A stretch of DNA of 63,036 nucleotides, counting the filler. It is 7 parts of 7 records of this genome, joined end to end, with 100 filler letters (N's around TTAATTAATTAA, not from the genome) between each part and the next. Parts side by side here need not be neighbours in the genome. Positions count along the whole stretch, not along the records: positions 48,272 to 55,135 come from SRR31156797_6484; positions 55,236 to 63,036 come from SRR31156797_6497; 5 more parts are not named here. One strand, 5' to 3'. The position numbers and the translations under genes were made by a program. This document shows, in pieces, positions 52,106 to 60,875 of the stretch (positions within the stretch are counted from its first letter, which is position 1; each line of letters starts with the position of its first letter). The notes under the pieces were generated by a model, which made no database searches, was not told the DNA's origin, and saw nothing but the letters and a program-made list of their open reading frames with translations.

Positions 52106-53400
52106 TTAAGTATCAAATTTATTAAAAATATTAGCCATTAAGCTATTAACTCCTGCATGTAAATTATTATGCTCCATATTTAAATACTTCATAGTTTGCT
52201 CAATATTTGAATGATTTAAAAGAACCATAATATCATATAAAGAAACTCCTGATTTAGCTAGATTTGTAGCAATACTTCTTCTAATTGTGTGAAAATTAAC
52301 AACTTTATCTCTATCATGGTTATTTGTTTTATCAAGATGACTATTGAACATATTATCCATTATTCGATAAACACTTTTTGGAATTTCAATTATAGGTTTT
52401 GGTGGATTTGTTCGTCTTTCAGGATTATTTGCTCTTAATATAAATTCCTCTGGCTTATAATATGGCAAAACTTTAGTTTTTAACCATTTATTAGCTTCAT
52501 CTGTAATTCTTAGCTTATATTGTCTGCTTGCTTTAAAATTAAATAAACTAATTGTTTGATTTTCTGTATCAATATCTTTGGCTTTTATACTTCTAATTGT
52601 ACTTGAACGACCAGCTGTTAAGACTGCTAAATAAACACTTAGATAAATATTTGGATGAGATTTCATTCTTTTTTTCCATTCATTTAAAAGACTTCTAATC
52701 TCTTGCTCTGATAAAACTCTTTCTCTTTGTCTTTGAGGATTTTTAAACATTATAGTTCTAAATGGATTTTCAATATTGATAATTTCCTCTCTAATTGCAA
52801 AATTGAAGATGGTTTTGATTTGAGTTACAAGATTAAACTTTGATTTTTGAGATAATCTTCTTTCAAGAGGTTTTGCTCCTTTTTTAACTCTTTGATATGC
52901 TCTTAATTCAGGTAAAACTTCTTCTATAAAATATTTAACATCTTTTTTTGTAATTTTATTAACGTGTTTTTTTGCAATTTCTGAATGGCTTATATTTTTT
53001 GTATAAAATTTTCGATGTTTTTCAATGTTGTTAATTTTTTGGATTACGACCGTATAGGTTTCGAACTCAGAATCCGATAAGTAATTATATTGTTCTCTTA
53101 AAATTCTTCTTTTCTTTTTAACTCTGTCATCAAAATAGATAGTTGCAAGTTGATTTAAACTCAAATAATTCTCATATTCTTCTTCAATTACAATCGTTTC
53201 ATTTGTAATTCTCATATCTTCGATAATTTGGTTTAATTTTTCCAAAGCTTTCTTTGGAGTCCCTATTTCAGCCTTTGAACCTATTTTTTTATGAGTTGTT
53301 TCCTTTGTGTTGGGACATCTGAAAGAGCCATAATATACTTTTTCTTTCTTGCCTTCATATATATATAAATACCCGATATTTTGGTCTTTTCTAGCTTCAT
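52106..53400 (-). CDS. Tyrosine recombinase/integrase, apparently frameshifted at an (AT)5 tract near the 5' end
   Basis: Catalytic R (TAGRSS), K, HTIRR, H (LNHS), Y (TMKY); AGGAG-led ATG at 53400 (MKLEKTKISGIYIY) is out of frame with the body; the ORF-track ATG at 53437 has no SD. Confidence 0.88.
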
Positions 53401-53416
53401 TTTGACTCCTAAAATT

Positions 53417-53436
53417 TATACAACTTTTATATAACA
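53417..53436 (+). repeat. Putative integrase arm-type sites, right
   Basis: TATACAACT-TT-TATATAACA, same orientation and period as 49198-49217. Confidence 0.65.
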
Positions 53437-53529
53437 TTTTAGAAAAAAAGAACTTAAATTCAAATAGCTTGGATTTTATAAAGCCCTATATATAGATAAT
53501 TGTAGATTTTTCCCTATAATACGGGTTTT

Positions 53530-53552
53530 TTCGAATCCTACCAGGCGTGCTA
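53530..53552 (+). repeat. att site, distal copy of the tRNA 3' end
   Basis: TTCGAATCCTACCAGGCGTGCTA, 20/23 identical to 49115-49137. Confidence 0.85.
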
Positions 53553-53559
53553 TTTTGAT

Positions 53560-54318
53560 TTAAGATAAAAACTTAGAAATAGAATAAGATATTTTCATAA
53601 TATCATTTTTTGTTAATTTGTTTGGCATTTTTTGAATAAGTTTTGGAAGTGCTTTAGGATTTATCACCCAAACATCCATATCTGATAGCAATTTTTTGTT
53701 TTCTATGTACCATCCAGGGAATACAACAATAGATTTAATATCAATCTCCTCATCTAAAACCTCTTTTATTGTTTCTTTTAACCAATTTTTTTGGGCATTT
53801 GCTTGCTTTATTATTTTGTCTTTTTGATTGTAACCATCAATTATTAGATTGTTTCCATCATATATTATTTTTGATTCACCTTTTTCAGGTTTTGAGTAGG
53901 TTTTTGTTTCAATAATAAATACACCTTTTTCACTTAAAATAATGTGGTCAATATTAAAGTTATCACCTAAAATATCATGAAATATTCTACATCCTACTTC
54001 TCTTAAAAACTCTAATTGTTGACCTACTGCAATTTCCCCATCTCTTGCCATTCTAAGCTTTTCAATTTTAGTTTTAGTTTTAAAAAATTTTTTGATGACA
54101 ATAAATAAAGATATTAAAAAGATAATCAAATATGTAAAAGGAGAAGCTCTAATTTCTTTGTACCAAATTATAAACTCAATTATAGTTATTGTAAAAAATA
54201 GTGAAGGAACCATTACCCAGAATAAAAAATCCTCAATATTTTTTTCAATTTCATCACCTAAAGATTGTCCAGGTAGTCGTCTCAGTTTTTCTTTTTTTAT
54301 AGGGGATTTCTTTTTCAA
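53560..54318 (-). CDS. NERD-domain (PD-(D/E)xK) nuclease-like protein with two N-terminal TM helices
   Basis: GE..V...L, FHD, NIDHIIL..KGVFIIETK, Q.....WL, VVFPGW. Confidence 0.85.
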   Translation of the reverse strand: MKKKSPIKKEKLRRLPGQSLGDEIEKNIEDFLFWVMVPSLFFTITIIEFIIWYKEIRASPFTYLIIFLISLFIVIKKFFKTKTKIEKLRMARDGEIAVGQQLEFLREVGCRIFHDILGDNFNIDHIILSEKGVFIIETKTYSKPEKGESKIIYDGNNLIIDGYNQKDKIIKQANAQKNWLKETIKEVLDEEIDIKSIVVFPGWYIENKKLLSDMDVWVINPKALPKLIQKMPNKLTKNDIMKISYSISKFLS

Positions 54319-54418
54319 AGGATTACTTTCTAAATATTTTTTTAAAATTATATCTATAAAATAATTATATTAATGTAAGCCTAAAAAAAACCAAAAGAGT
54401 AAATTAGCAATTACTAGT

Positions 54419-55135
54419 TTACTCCAAAGGTAAGATAATAGTAAATTTAGCACCAGTATAGGTTTTGTCATTGAATTCAAAAGTTTCATTTTGTACATTT
54501 ATTTGACCTAGAAGGTGTTTTACTACAATTTGGTATGTCATATATAGTCCGATTCCTGTACCTTGTGCTTGGTGTTTTGTTGTAAAGTATGCATCGAAGA
54601 TTTTATCTATAACATTATCAGGGATTCCTCCTGCATTGTCTTTTATCTCTATATATGCGTATTCTTCATGCTCTTCTAGTTTGAGCATATCTATCTCTTC
54701 TTCTAGATACTCTTTTTTTAGTTTTTGAACTGTTATATAGATTAGTTTTTCATCTGTTTTTTGTGTCTTTAAGATATCAATAGCATTGTTTACTATGTTT
54801 ATTATTGCTTGTATAAGTTCATTTTTATAAGTGTTTATTTCAAATTCTTCTATATGATTCATTATCTCGATATTGTTGTTTTTAAATCTTACATTTACAA
54901 GTTTCATAGTCTTGTCAAAAATATCATTTGTTGATACCTTCTCTTTTTCTTTATTAGGATTAAAAAATTCTCTAAAATCATCTATAGTTCTAGATAGGTA
55001 TTGAGTTGAGTTCATAATTGAGTCAAGAGAATCATTTCTTGATTTATTAGTAAGTATTCCCAACTCTTCTTCTAGTTTTATGCCACTTGCTGCTGTGCTT
55101 ATTAGGTTTAGTGGTTGTCTCCATTGATGGGCAAT
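54419..55135 (-). CDS. Sensor histidine kinase, HisKA/HATPase part (5'-truncated)
   Basis: IAHQWRQPL, IDDFREFF, NAID, DNAGGI, YFTTK, GTGIGLYM. Confidence 0.92.
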   Translation of the reverse strand: MAHQWRQPLNLISTAASGIKLEEELGILTNKSRNDSLDSIMNSTQYLSRTIDDFREFFNPNKEKEKVSTNDIFDKTMKLVNVRFKNNNIEIMNHIEEFEINTYKNELIQAIINIVNNAIDILKTQKTDEKLIYITVQKLKKEYLEEEIDMLKLEEHEEYAYIEIKDNAGGIPDNVIDKIFDAYFTTKHQAQGTGIGLYMTYQIVVKHLLGQINVQNETFEFNDKTYTGAKFTIILPLE

Positions 55136-55235
55136 NNNNNNNNNNNNNNNNNNNNNNNNNNNNNNNNNNNNNNNNNNNNTTAATTAATTAANNNNNNNNN
55201 NNNNNNNNNNNNNNNNNNNNNNNNNNNNNNNNNNN
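55136..55235. other. Artificial contig linker
   Basis: N44-TTAATTAATTAA-N44. Confidence 0.99.
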
Positions 55236-55916
55236 ACAAGAGATTTTATCAAGGGCATTTTTACTGCCTCTAAAAGAATAAATCTGTTGATGTTTATCTC
55301 CAACATATATTTTGATTTTTGAATCTAAAGAGCTAAAAATTCCAAGTGTTACTTCGTTTGTATCTTGCGCTTCATCAAGCATTATAATATCGTATTGGTA
55401 TTGGGGAATTTGTTCTTTTGAGATTAGTAAGTAATAATATTTCAAATAGAAACTATGAGTTGGTTTTAAAACTCCAATTAACATCTGGTCAAACATCTTT
55501 TTTGCAGTTTTGTGTTCTAAGTCCTCTTCACTAATTTTATCTTGAGTGTTATTGCAAAAGTTTTCAAATATCTTTAAAGCACTCAAAGCTTTTGTATATG
55601 GGATTTCAAACTCCTTTGCAATATCAATTGCTCTATAGTTTCTCAAGCTACTTAAGTCTATTTGAGTATATTTTTTTACTGCACTGTATGCTAAACCGTG
55701 TGTTGTTTTTACTGAGGTGTTACTAGGGAAAAGTGAACTTGCTTCATTTTTGATTGCACTATTAAAGGCAAGATATAAAATCTTTTTTTCTTTATATTCA
55801 TTGGCAACTTGTCTTAATGTTGTAGTTTTACCAGTTCCGGCAAAGGCGTTTATTTTTATGTTTTTATATTTACCGACAGCTTTTACTATCTCTTTTTGCT
55901 CTTTAGTTAAATTCAT
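55236..55916 (-). CDS. UvrD/REP-like SF1 helicase, N-terminal part (3'-truncated)
   Basis: LTKEQ, AFAGTGKTTTL, LAFN, TTHGLA, LDEAQD, VGDKHQQIYSFRG. Confidence 0.9.
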
Positions 55917-55996
55917 ATTGGAATATTAGCTAAAAATTTTTAATCTAAAAAGAAATATTACATATTGTAAGCTTGAATTAAATGCTAATACACCAT

Positions 55997-56128
55997 CTAA
56001 TTACTTGGCTTTTTTTGTTGAGCAATCTTTTGATTTGTCTCTTTTATATTATCAAATCTATCTTTCATCATAACAAACATATAACCAAGAGCAACAATAA
56101 CAATAGCTATAAAAAATATATTTTTCAT
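55997..56128 (-). CDS. 43-aa single-TM small protein (not in ORF track)
   Basis: AGGA SD; MKNIFFIAIVIVALGYMFVMMKDRFDNIKETNQKIAQQKKPSN*. Confidence 0.55.
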   Translation of the reverse strand: MKNIFFIAIVIVALGYMFVMMKDRFDNIKETNQKIAQQKKPSN

Positions 56129-56144
56129 CTACTTTCCTAACAGT

Positions 56145-56414
56145 TTATTTTTTCTTTTTTGGTGGAGGTAAAAGCATATTGAAATCATAAGGAATCATAT
56201 CTCTTTCAATATGTTCTGAAAAGTCGTAAAGTTTTATAAAAACTCCTATTAAAATAAACCATGCAAAGATTTGATTTATAAGTGGAGTTGAGAAGTATAA
56301 TCCAACTGCTACTCCCAATATCCCAACAAGTATAAAATAATAATGAATATGTTTAGCTTTTATAAGTCTATAATAGTATTTTAGTTTTTCTATAGTATTT
56401 TTTGTTTTTATCAT
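56145..56414 (-). CDS. Small two-TM hypothetical protein
   Basis: 89-aa ORF with two hydrophobic segments, GGA SD. Confidence 0.65.
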   Translation of the reverse strand: MIKTKNTIEKLKYYYRLIKAKHIHYYFILVGILGVAVGLYFSTPLINQIFAWFILIGVFIKLYDFSEHIERDMIPYDFNMLLPPPKKKK

Positions 56415-56505
56415 AATATTTCCAAATTTAATTTATGTGTAAATACTACTATTAAAAAAATTAGATTTTGATTTTATTTTATAGTTTAATTTTTTTCTTT
56501 AAACT

Positions 56506-56853
56506 CTAAATTTTTGTTTTCTTACCAAGAAAAAAAAGAAGCACTTTTCTTAGAGCTTTAGCAAAGGGATAAATAAAGTTTTTGAAAAAGAGATTATCTT
56601 TAAAGTATATCTTTTTTTCTGCAATAGTATTTAGAAAAACTATTGCATTTGAGCCTTGATAGATTTTATTATCATCTACTTTTACAATAAAGCCTTCATC
56701 TATATCAAAACCTTGGTTTCTAAACTTTTTTATTGCATTTATGTTTTCTCTTGCATTTAGAAGAGTTAATTCATGCATCTTTTTAAGTTTTATGTAGTTT
56801 GCATAAGATTTACAAAAAGGACACTCTTTATCATAGTATAATTCTATTTTCAT
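56506..56853 (-). CDS. DCC1-like thiol-disulfide oxidoreductase (DUF393)
   Basis: YYDKECPFC (DxxCxxC), G..A, YP....LR..LL..LG. Confidence 0.85.
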   Translation of the reverse strand: MKIELYYDKECPFCKSYANYIKLKKMHELTLLNARENINAIKKFRNQGFDIDEGFIVKVDDNKIYQGSNAIVFLNTIAEKKIYFKDNLFFKNFIYPFAKALRKVLLFFLGKKTKI

Positions 56854-56864
56854 AGGTGATTATA

Positions 56865-57074
56865 CTATTTTTTATTTTTCTTTCTTGAAGCTTTTGCCAT
56901 TTTAGCTTTTTTCTTTGCTTTTTCTTTGTTTAAGCTTGCACTTTTTCTTGCGTTTACTACTTGCTCTTTAACTGTAGTATCTTTTGAAAAAGCTTTAGGA
57001 GTAGAATTACTTCCCAGTTTAATAAGATCAATTTTCGAACTTTTTACACTGTTGTTGTTTTGACTTTTAGCCAT
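56865..57074 (-). CDS. Small Lys-rich hypothetical protein
   Basis: 69 aa, very basic C-terminus KKKAKMAKASRKKNKK; AGGG SD. Confidence 0.6.
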   Translation of the reverse strand: MAKSQNNNSVKSSKIDLIKLGSNSTPKAFSKDTTVKEQVVNARKSASLNKEKAKKKAKMAKASRKKNKK

Positions 57075-57295
57075 TTTTAGCCCTAGTTTGTTTAATTGGA
57101 TTTACATTTAGAAGAGGGAAAATAAGCATTATTTCTCTTTCTAAAAACTTTGAAATAATAGTTAGTTAAATATTAATAGAAGCTTATATGAAAATATTTA
57201 GATTTTCTATGAATACTTATTCAATTTCTCTTGTTTTTTTATTTTCATTGTGATAATATTCGCAAAAATCAAGTCCATATAAAAGGAATAAAAAA

Positions 57296-57790
57296 GTGGC
57301 AGAAATTTCTGATAAAAACCTTCTTGAAAGGGTTTTTAGTCAACTAAATCAAGTTGATAAAGTTTTGGAAAATAAAATTGATGTGATATTTTTACGAATC
57401 ATAAATCTTTTAAAACATCTGTTTATATTAAGTATGATTCTTTATTTAGCAGTTTGTATTGTAAGTTTATCTCATAAAATGATTTCATTGACTCTTTCAC
57501 AAGGAGCTTTGGATTTCATATCAATAAAAATGATTTTGACTGATGGTTTGTTTACATTAATTGTATTGGCAATAGTAAAAACACTATTTATAAAAAGTGG
57601 TTTTGAATATGCCCTAACATTCTTAGAAATTGCATTTGTAGTTATCATAAGAAAACTAATCTTACTTGATACAATTCCAGAAGAAACAAGTTTATTATTG
57701 GTATTGGGTTTAACTTCAGCTGTATTTTTTATCTTGATTGTTTATATACACAATCTAAAAAGAACTTGGCAAAAAGAAGATAAAGTCTAA
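57296..57790 (+). CDS. PsiE-like membrane protein
   Basis: Four TM helices, FLEIAFVVIIRKLIL motif; AAGGA SD. Confidence 0.72.
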   Translation: MAEISDKNLLERVFSQLNQVDKVLENKIDVIFLRIINLLKHLFILSMILYLAVCIVSLSHKMISLTLSQGALDFISIKMILTDGLFTLIVLAIVKTLFIKSGFEYALTFLEIAFVVIIRKLILLDTIPEETSLLLVLGLTSAVFFILIVYIHNLKRTWQKEDKV

Positions 57791-57856
57791 ATATGAAAAA
57801 GTAATAATAGATTATCTCTATTATTACTTAATTATATTAACTAACCTAAAAAAATT

Positions 57857-58303
57857 TTATTTTCTAATCATATCTATATGAGATATACCATCTTCATCGT
57901 ATGGTTCTGTTATAGCTTCAAATCCAAATGATTCATAAAAACTTTGTAAATAAACTTGAGCTCCAATTTTAATACCCAAGCCTTGAAATTGTTCTTCAGT
58001 GAATCGAACCGCCTCATTCATTAAAGAGCGTCCTATTTTCAAATTTCTAAACTTTTCTAAAGTCATAACACGACCAATAGAAGGTTGCTCATATTTAATA
58101 CCTGGATCAACTAATCGAACATAAGCAGCTAATTCCCCATTTAAAAAAACAGTAAGATGCCATGAATGTAAATCCATATCATCAGTTTCTTGATAAGGAC
58201 ATTGTTGTTCTACAACAAATACTGATTCACGTGCTTTGATTATATTAAATAATTCCAAAGTGTTTAAAGACTCAAATCGAGACCACTTTAAATCTAGTTT
58301 CAT
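57857..58303 (-). CDS. elaA: ElaA-like GNAT acetyltransferase
   Basis: RESVFVVEQQCPY, IGRV, AQVYL..FYESFGF, YDEDGISHIDM. Confidence 0.88.
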   Translation of the reverse strand: MKLDLKWSRFESLNTLELFNIIKARESVFVVEQQCPYQETDDMDLHSWHLTVFLNGELAAYVRLVDPGIKYEQPSIGRVMTLEKFRNLKIGRSLMNEAVRFTEEQFQGLGIKIGAQVYLQSFYESFGFEAITEPYDEDGISHIDMIRK

Positions 58304-58546
58304 TAATTTTATATCCTTTTTTAGTTGAATTCAATTAATAAATTATTGTAGCAAGAGTAATTGTACTTAAAGTTAAAAGTTAATGATTTTATTAAAAAGT
58401 TGTATCCTTAATATATTGAGTTTCTAATTCTTTCAAATATATGAAAACTAAGAGCATAAAGCTATATACTAAATAATAATCAATTTATTTTTTAGTAATC
58501 TTATATAATTGGTTATAATTTGATAATTCTATATAAGGATATATCC

Positions 58547-59182
58547 ATGGACTTACATATACTTTTCTTGTATTCTATTGTCGCATTTTTTTATGTGATT
58601 AGTCCTGGTCCCGCTGTTTTTTTAGCTATTACAAATGGATTAGTACATGATATGCGTACAGTTGCAACATCATCTTTTGCCAATATATTGGGCTTGTTTA
58701 TTTTATCTTCTATCTCAATTTCTGGTTTAGGTATTATTTTGCTCACTTCTGCAACTTTATTTATGATTGTAAAAATAGTGGGTGCTGGATATTTGATTTA
58801 TCTAGGAATAAAACAGTTTAGAAAAGCATCATCTTTTAAACTAAAAAAAGATGAAAATAAAAAAATAGAAAAAAGTTTGAAAAAAAGTTTCATAGAATCT
58901 TTCTTTTTAGCTGTTACAAACCCAAAACCTATAATATTTTTTATAGCACTCTTTCCACAGTTTTTAAATCTAAAAAGTGATATAACTCCACAATTTTTTA
59001 TTATGACTGGGATATTTATGTTTTTTTCTTTTTTTAGTCTTTGTATTTATGGTTTTATAGCAAAATCTGCGAGAGGATTATTTAAAAGTCAAAACTTTAT
59101 GACTTGGTTTCATAGAATTACAGGTGGAATATTTGTAGGATTGGGATTTTCTTTATTACAAATCAGAAATACTCAAAACTAA
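58547..59182 (+). CDS. LysE/RhtB-family exporter
   Basis: SPGPA, GAGYLIYLG, TNPK..IFF.ALFPQF; ATG at 58547 with AAGGA SD. Confidence 0.9.
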   Translation: MDLHILFLYSIVAFFYVISPGPAVFLAITNGLVHDMRTVATSSFANILGLFILSSISISGLGIILLTSATLFMIVKIVGAGYLIYLGIKQFRKASSFKLKKDENKKIEKSLKKSFIESFFLAVTNPKPIIFFIALFPQFLNLKSDITPQFFIMTGIFMFFSFFSLCIYGFIAKSARGLFKSQNFMTWFHRITGGIFVGLGFSLLQIRNTQN

Positions 59183-59189
59183 AGCTTTT

Positions 59190-59537
59190 TTAAAATTTTA
59201 AAAGAGATTTCCAAGTACCAGCATTATGAACATTTTCAAAACCATTAGACAATAAAAGTCGTCTAGCTAAACCACTTCTACTTCCACTAGCACAACAAAC
59301 AATTATAGGTTTTGAATTGTCTAGTTCAGATATTCTACTTTTTAACGCTCCTAATGGGATGTTTATACTTCCTTGCTTGTTAGCTAAAGTAAACTCCTCT
59401 TTTGTCCGAACATCAATAATCTGCCCACCCCCTTCTAAAAGTGATGGCACAAGTTTTAATACCTTGTGTTGAGTATATTTTTTGTAAGCTAAGAAAGCTA
59501 TTATTGCAATGATAGGATAGATTAGAGTTTCATTCAT
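59190..59537 (-). CDS. Membrane-anchored rhodanese (PspE-like)
   Basis: IIDVRT..EF, GSINIPL, CCASGSRS. Confidence 0.88.
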   Translation of the reverse strand: MNETLIYPIIAIIAFLAYKKYTQHKVLKLVPSLLEGGGQIIDVRTKEEFTLANKQGSINIPLGALKSRISELDNSKPIIVCCASGSRSGLARRLLLSNGFENVHNAGTWKSLLKF

Positions 59538-59738
59538 ATATTAATTTCCTAATTAGTGTTTTATCTAAAGAATTATATCTGTTTGAGTTTAATTTATCTC
59601 TTATTAAAGTATGTATTGTCAAGATTAAGAAAACTATACATCTTATTTAGTAACAAATACTATAAAAAATTATTTTTTAATAACATCAAAAGATAATTTA
59701 TAATATTATAAAGCTTAACTTTATAAAAAGGTAGTAAT

Positions 59739-60026
59739 ATGACTATATTTAAAGCATATGCACCACCTCTTGGCATAGGTTGGGGAAAATGGATTAAAAT
59801 TTATACACATACTGGAAGAATTGGATTTAAAGTTTCTTTTTCATCAGAATCGAAAGCTAAATCTACATTTGATATTGAAATATTAGAAGGTGGAAAAAAT
59901 ATGCCCAAAAAACTTGTAGGTCCAACAAGTACAACTTTTATGTCTAAAGATTGTTTTTGTAGTACCAAAGTTCGTTTTAAAAGTCATACACTAGGACAAA
60001 ATATATTAATTAAGGTTGAATACTAA
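59739..60026 (+). CDS. Stand-alone colicin Z C-terminal-domain-like protein
   Basis: Pattern APP...WG.W....HTG....F.SES...STFD.EI...GP.....RFKSH..GQ resembles my recollection of that family; AAGG SD. Confidence 0.55.
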   Translation: MTIFKAYAPPLGIGWGKWIKIYTHTGRIGFKVSFSSESKAKSTFDIEILEGGKNMPKKLVGPTSTTFMSKDCFCSTKVRFKSHTLGQNILIKVEY

Positions 60027-60445
60027 TGAAAAATCTAATACTATTGATTCTAACTATATTTACTTTTAATGCATGTTCAACAACTAATGAGAAAATTTCA
60101 CATAAAAACAATTTTTTTATATATGAAAAAACAACAAGTCTAACAAAAAATGATATAAAGAGTATTTCATACAAAAAGGCATTATTTGACCCTAAAAATC
60201 AAAATCTATACAATGTAATTATAGTTTTTAATAAATCAGGATATGCAAAATTACATGAGCTATTTAAACAATCAAAGGGTAAAAGTTTTGGTTTAATGGT
60301 TAATAATAATGTAATTCAATTTGGCACTAAAATATTAGAAAACTTTTTTGAAGAGGCATCTAAAGAAGAAAAAGAATTAATTTTACAATATAAAAAAGAA
60401 GATGCAATACTTCTACTCAAAAGTTTTGGAGTGGATTTTGAATAA
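60026..60445 (+). CDS. Lipoprotein with SecDF P1-head-like domain, candidate immunity protein
   Basis: Lipobox FNAC; V.I.FNKSG..KL.EL.KQ..GK..GLMVNN.VI; TAATG overlap with the upstream gene. Confidence 0.6.
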   Translation: MKNLILLILTIFTFNACSTTNEKISHKNNFFIYEKTTSLTKNDIKSISYKKALFDPKNQNLYNVIIVFNKSGYAKLHELFKQSKGKSFGLMVNNNVIQFGTKILENFFEEASKEEKELILQYKKEDAILLLKSFGVDFE

Positions 60446-60566
60446 ATTTAAAAGTGAAGATTCTAGCTCTGGGTGTTACTTGCAATTTTAGATATTGGCT
60501 TATAAATATATAACACAAGATTTACATATATTTTTACTATGATGTTATAAACAAAAAAGGAAATCA

Positions 60567-60734
60567 ATGTTTGAATTAATAGCTTTACTCTCTTTTGCTT
60601 GTTCTGGAGTTATTATTTATTTTATTCAAAAAAAAAGAGCAGAGAATAAAAGAGTTAAAAATCAATTTACACCAACACGTCAAAAAGATATAAAAAAAGC
60701 AAAGAAAAAAGCTAGAGATGAAAGTAAAGCCTGA
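60567..60734 (+). CDS. 55-aa single-TM basic protein (not in ORF track)
   Basis: AAGGA SD; MFELIALLSFACSGVIIYFIQKKRAENKRVKNQFTPTRQKDIKKAKKKARDESKA*. Confidence 0.6.
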   Translation: MFELIALLSFACSGVIIYFIQKKRAENKRVKNQFTPTRQKDIKKAKKKARDESKA

Positions 60735-60875
60735 TAATCTTTTATAAAGTTGTTAAATTAAAAAGTGGAGATTTAAGCTCTGGGATAGAAATTCTACTTT
60801 TTTATTGAAAAAAGTAAAACCTGTGCTTGCACTCTCTTTGAGAAAAAGCAACCCACAGAGTTTCGAAGGCAGAAG

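Larger units (their letters stand above)
49115..53552. mobile_element. ~4.4-kb integrative element in tRNA-Arg (integrase, RC-Rep, relaxase, DUF4917-like cargo)
   Basis: Direct repeat of the tRNA 3' end at both ends, tyrosine recombinase, two HUH proteins, arm-type repeats. Confidence 0.88.

Noticed and set aside
53401-53437. ORF-track integrase start MLYKSCINF
   Set aside because: No SD, overlaps the arm-type repeats, and a better SD-led ATG lies at 53400. Weak use of this start cannot be excluded.
49138-53529. Island as a prophage or inovirus
   Set aside because: No capsid, Zot/pI ATPase, terminase or run of small coat-like genes; the relaxase and oriT fit a mobilisable element better.
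41341-55135. Contig 4 ends ...GEMIGN and contig 6 (minus strand) starts IAHQWRQPL, as if one kinase was split
   Set aside because: This H-box is shared by many paralogues and is a likely assembly breakpoint; the two contigs also differ in GATC usage, so joining them is unsupported.
9717-55235. Six repeats of TTAATTAATTAA within N runs
   Set aside because: Identical 100-nt artificial linkers; not biological. ORFs running into them (39854, 47964, 55188) have artefactual ends.
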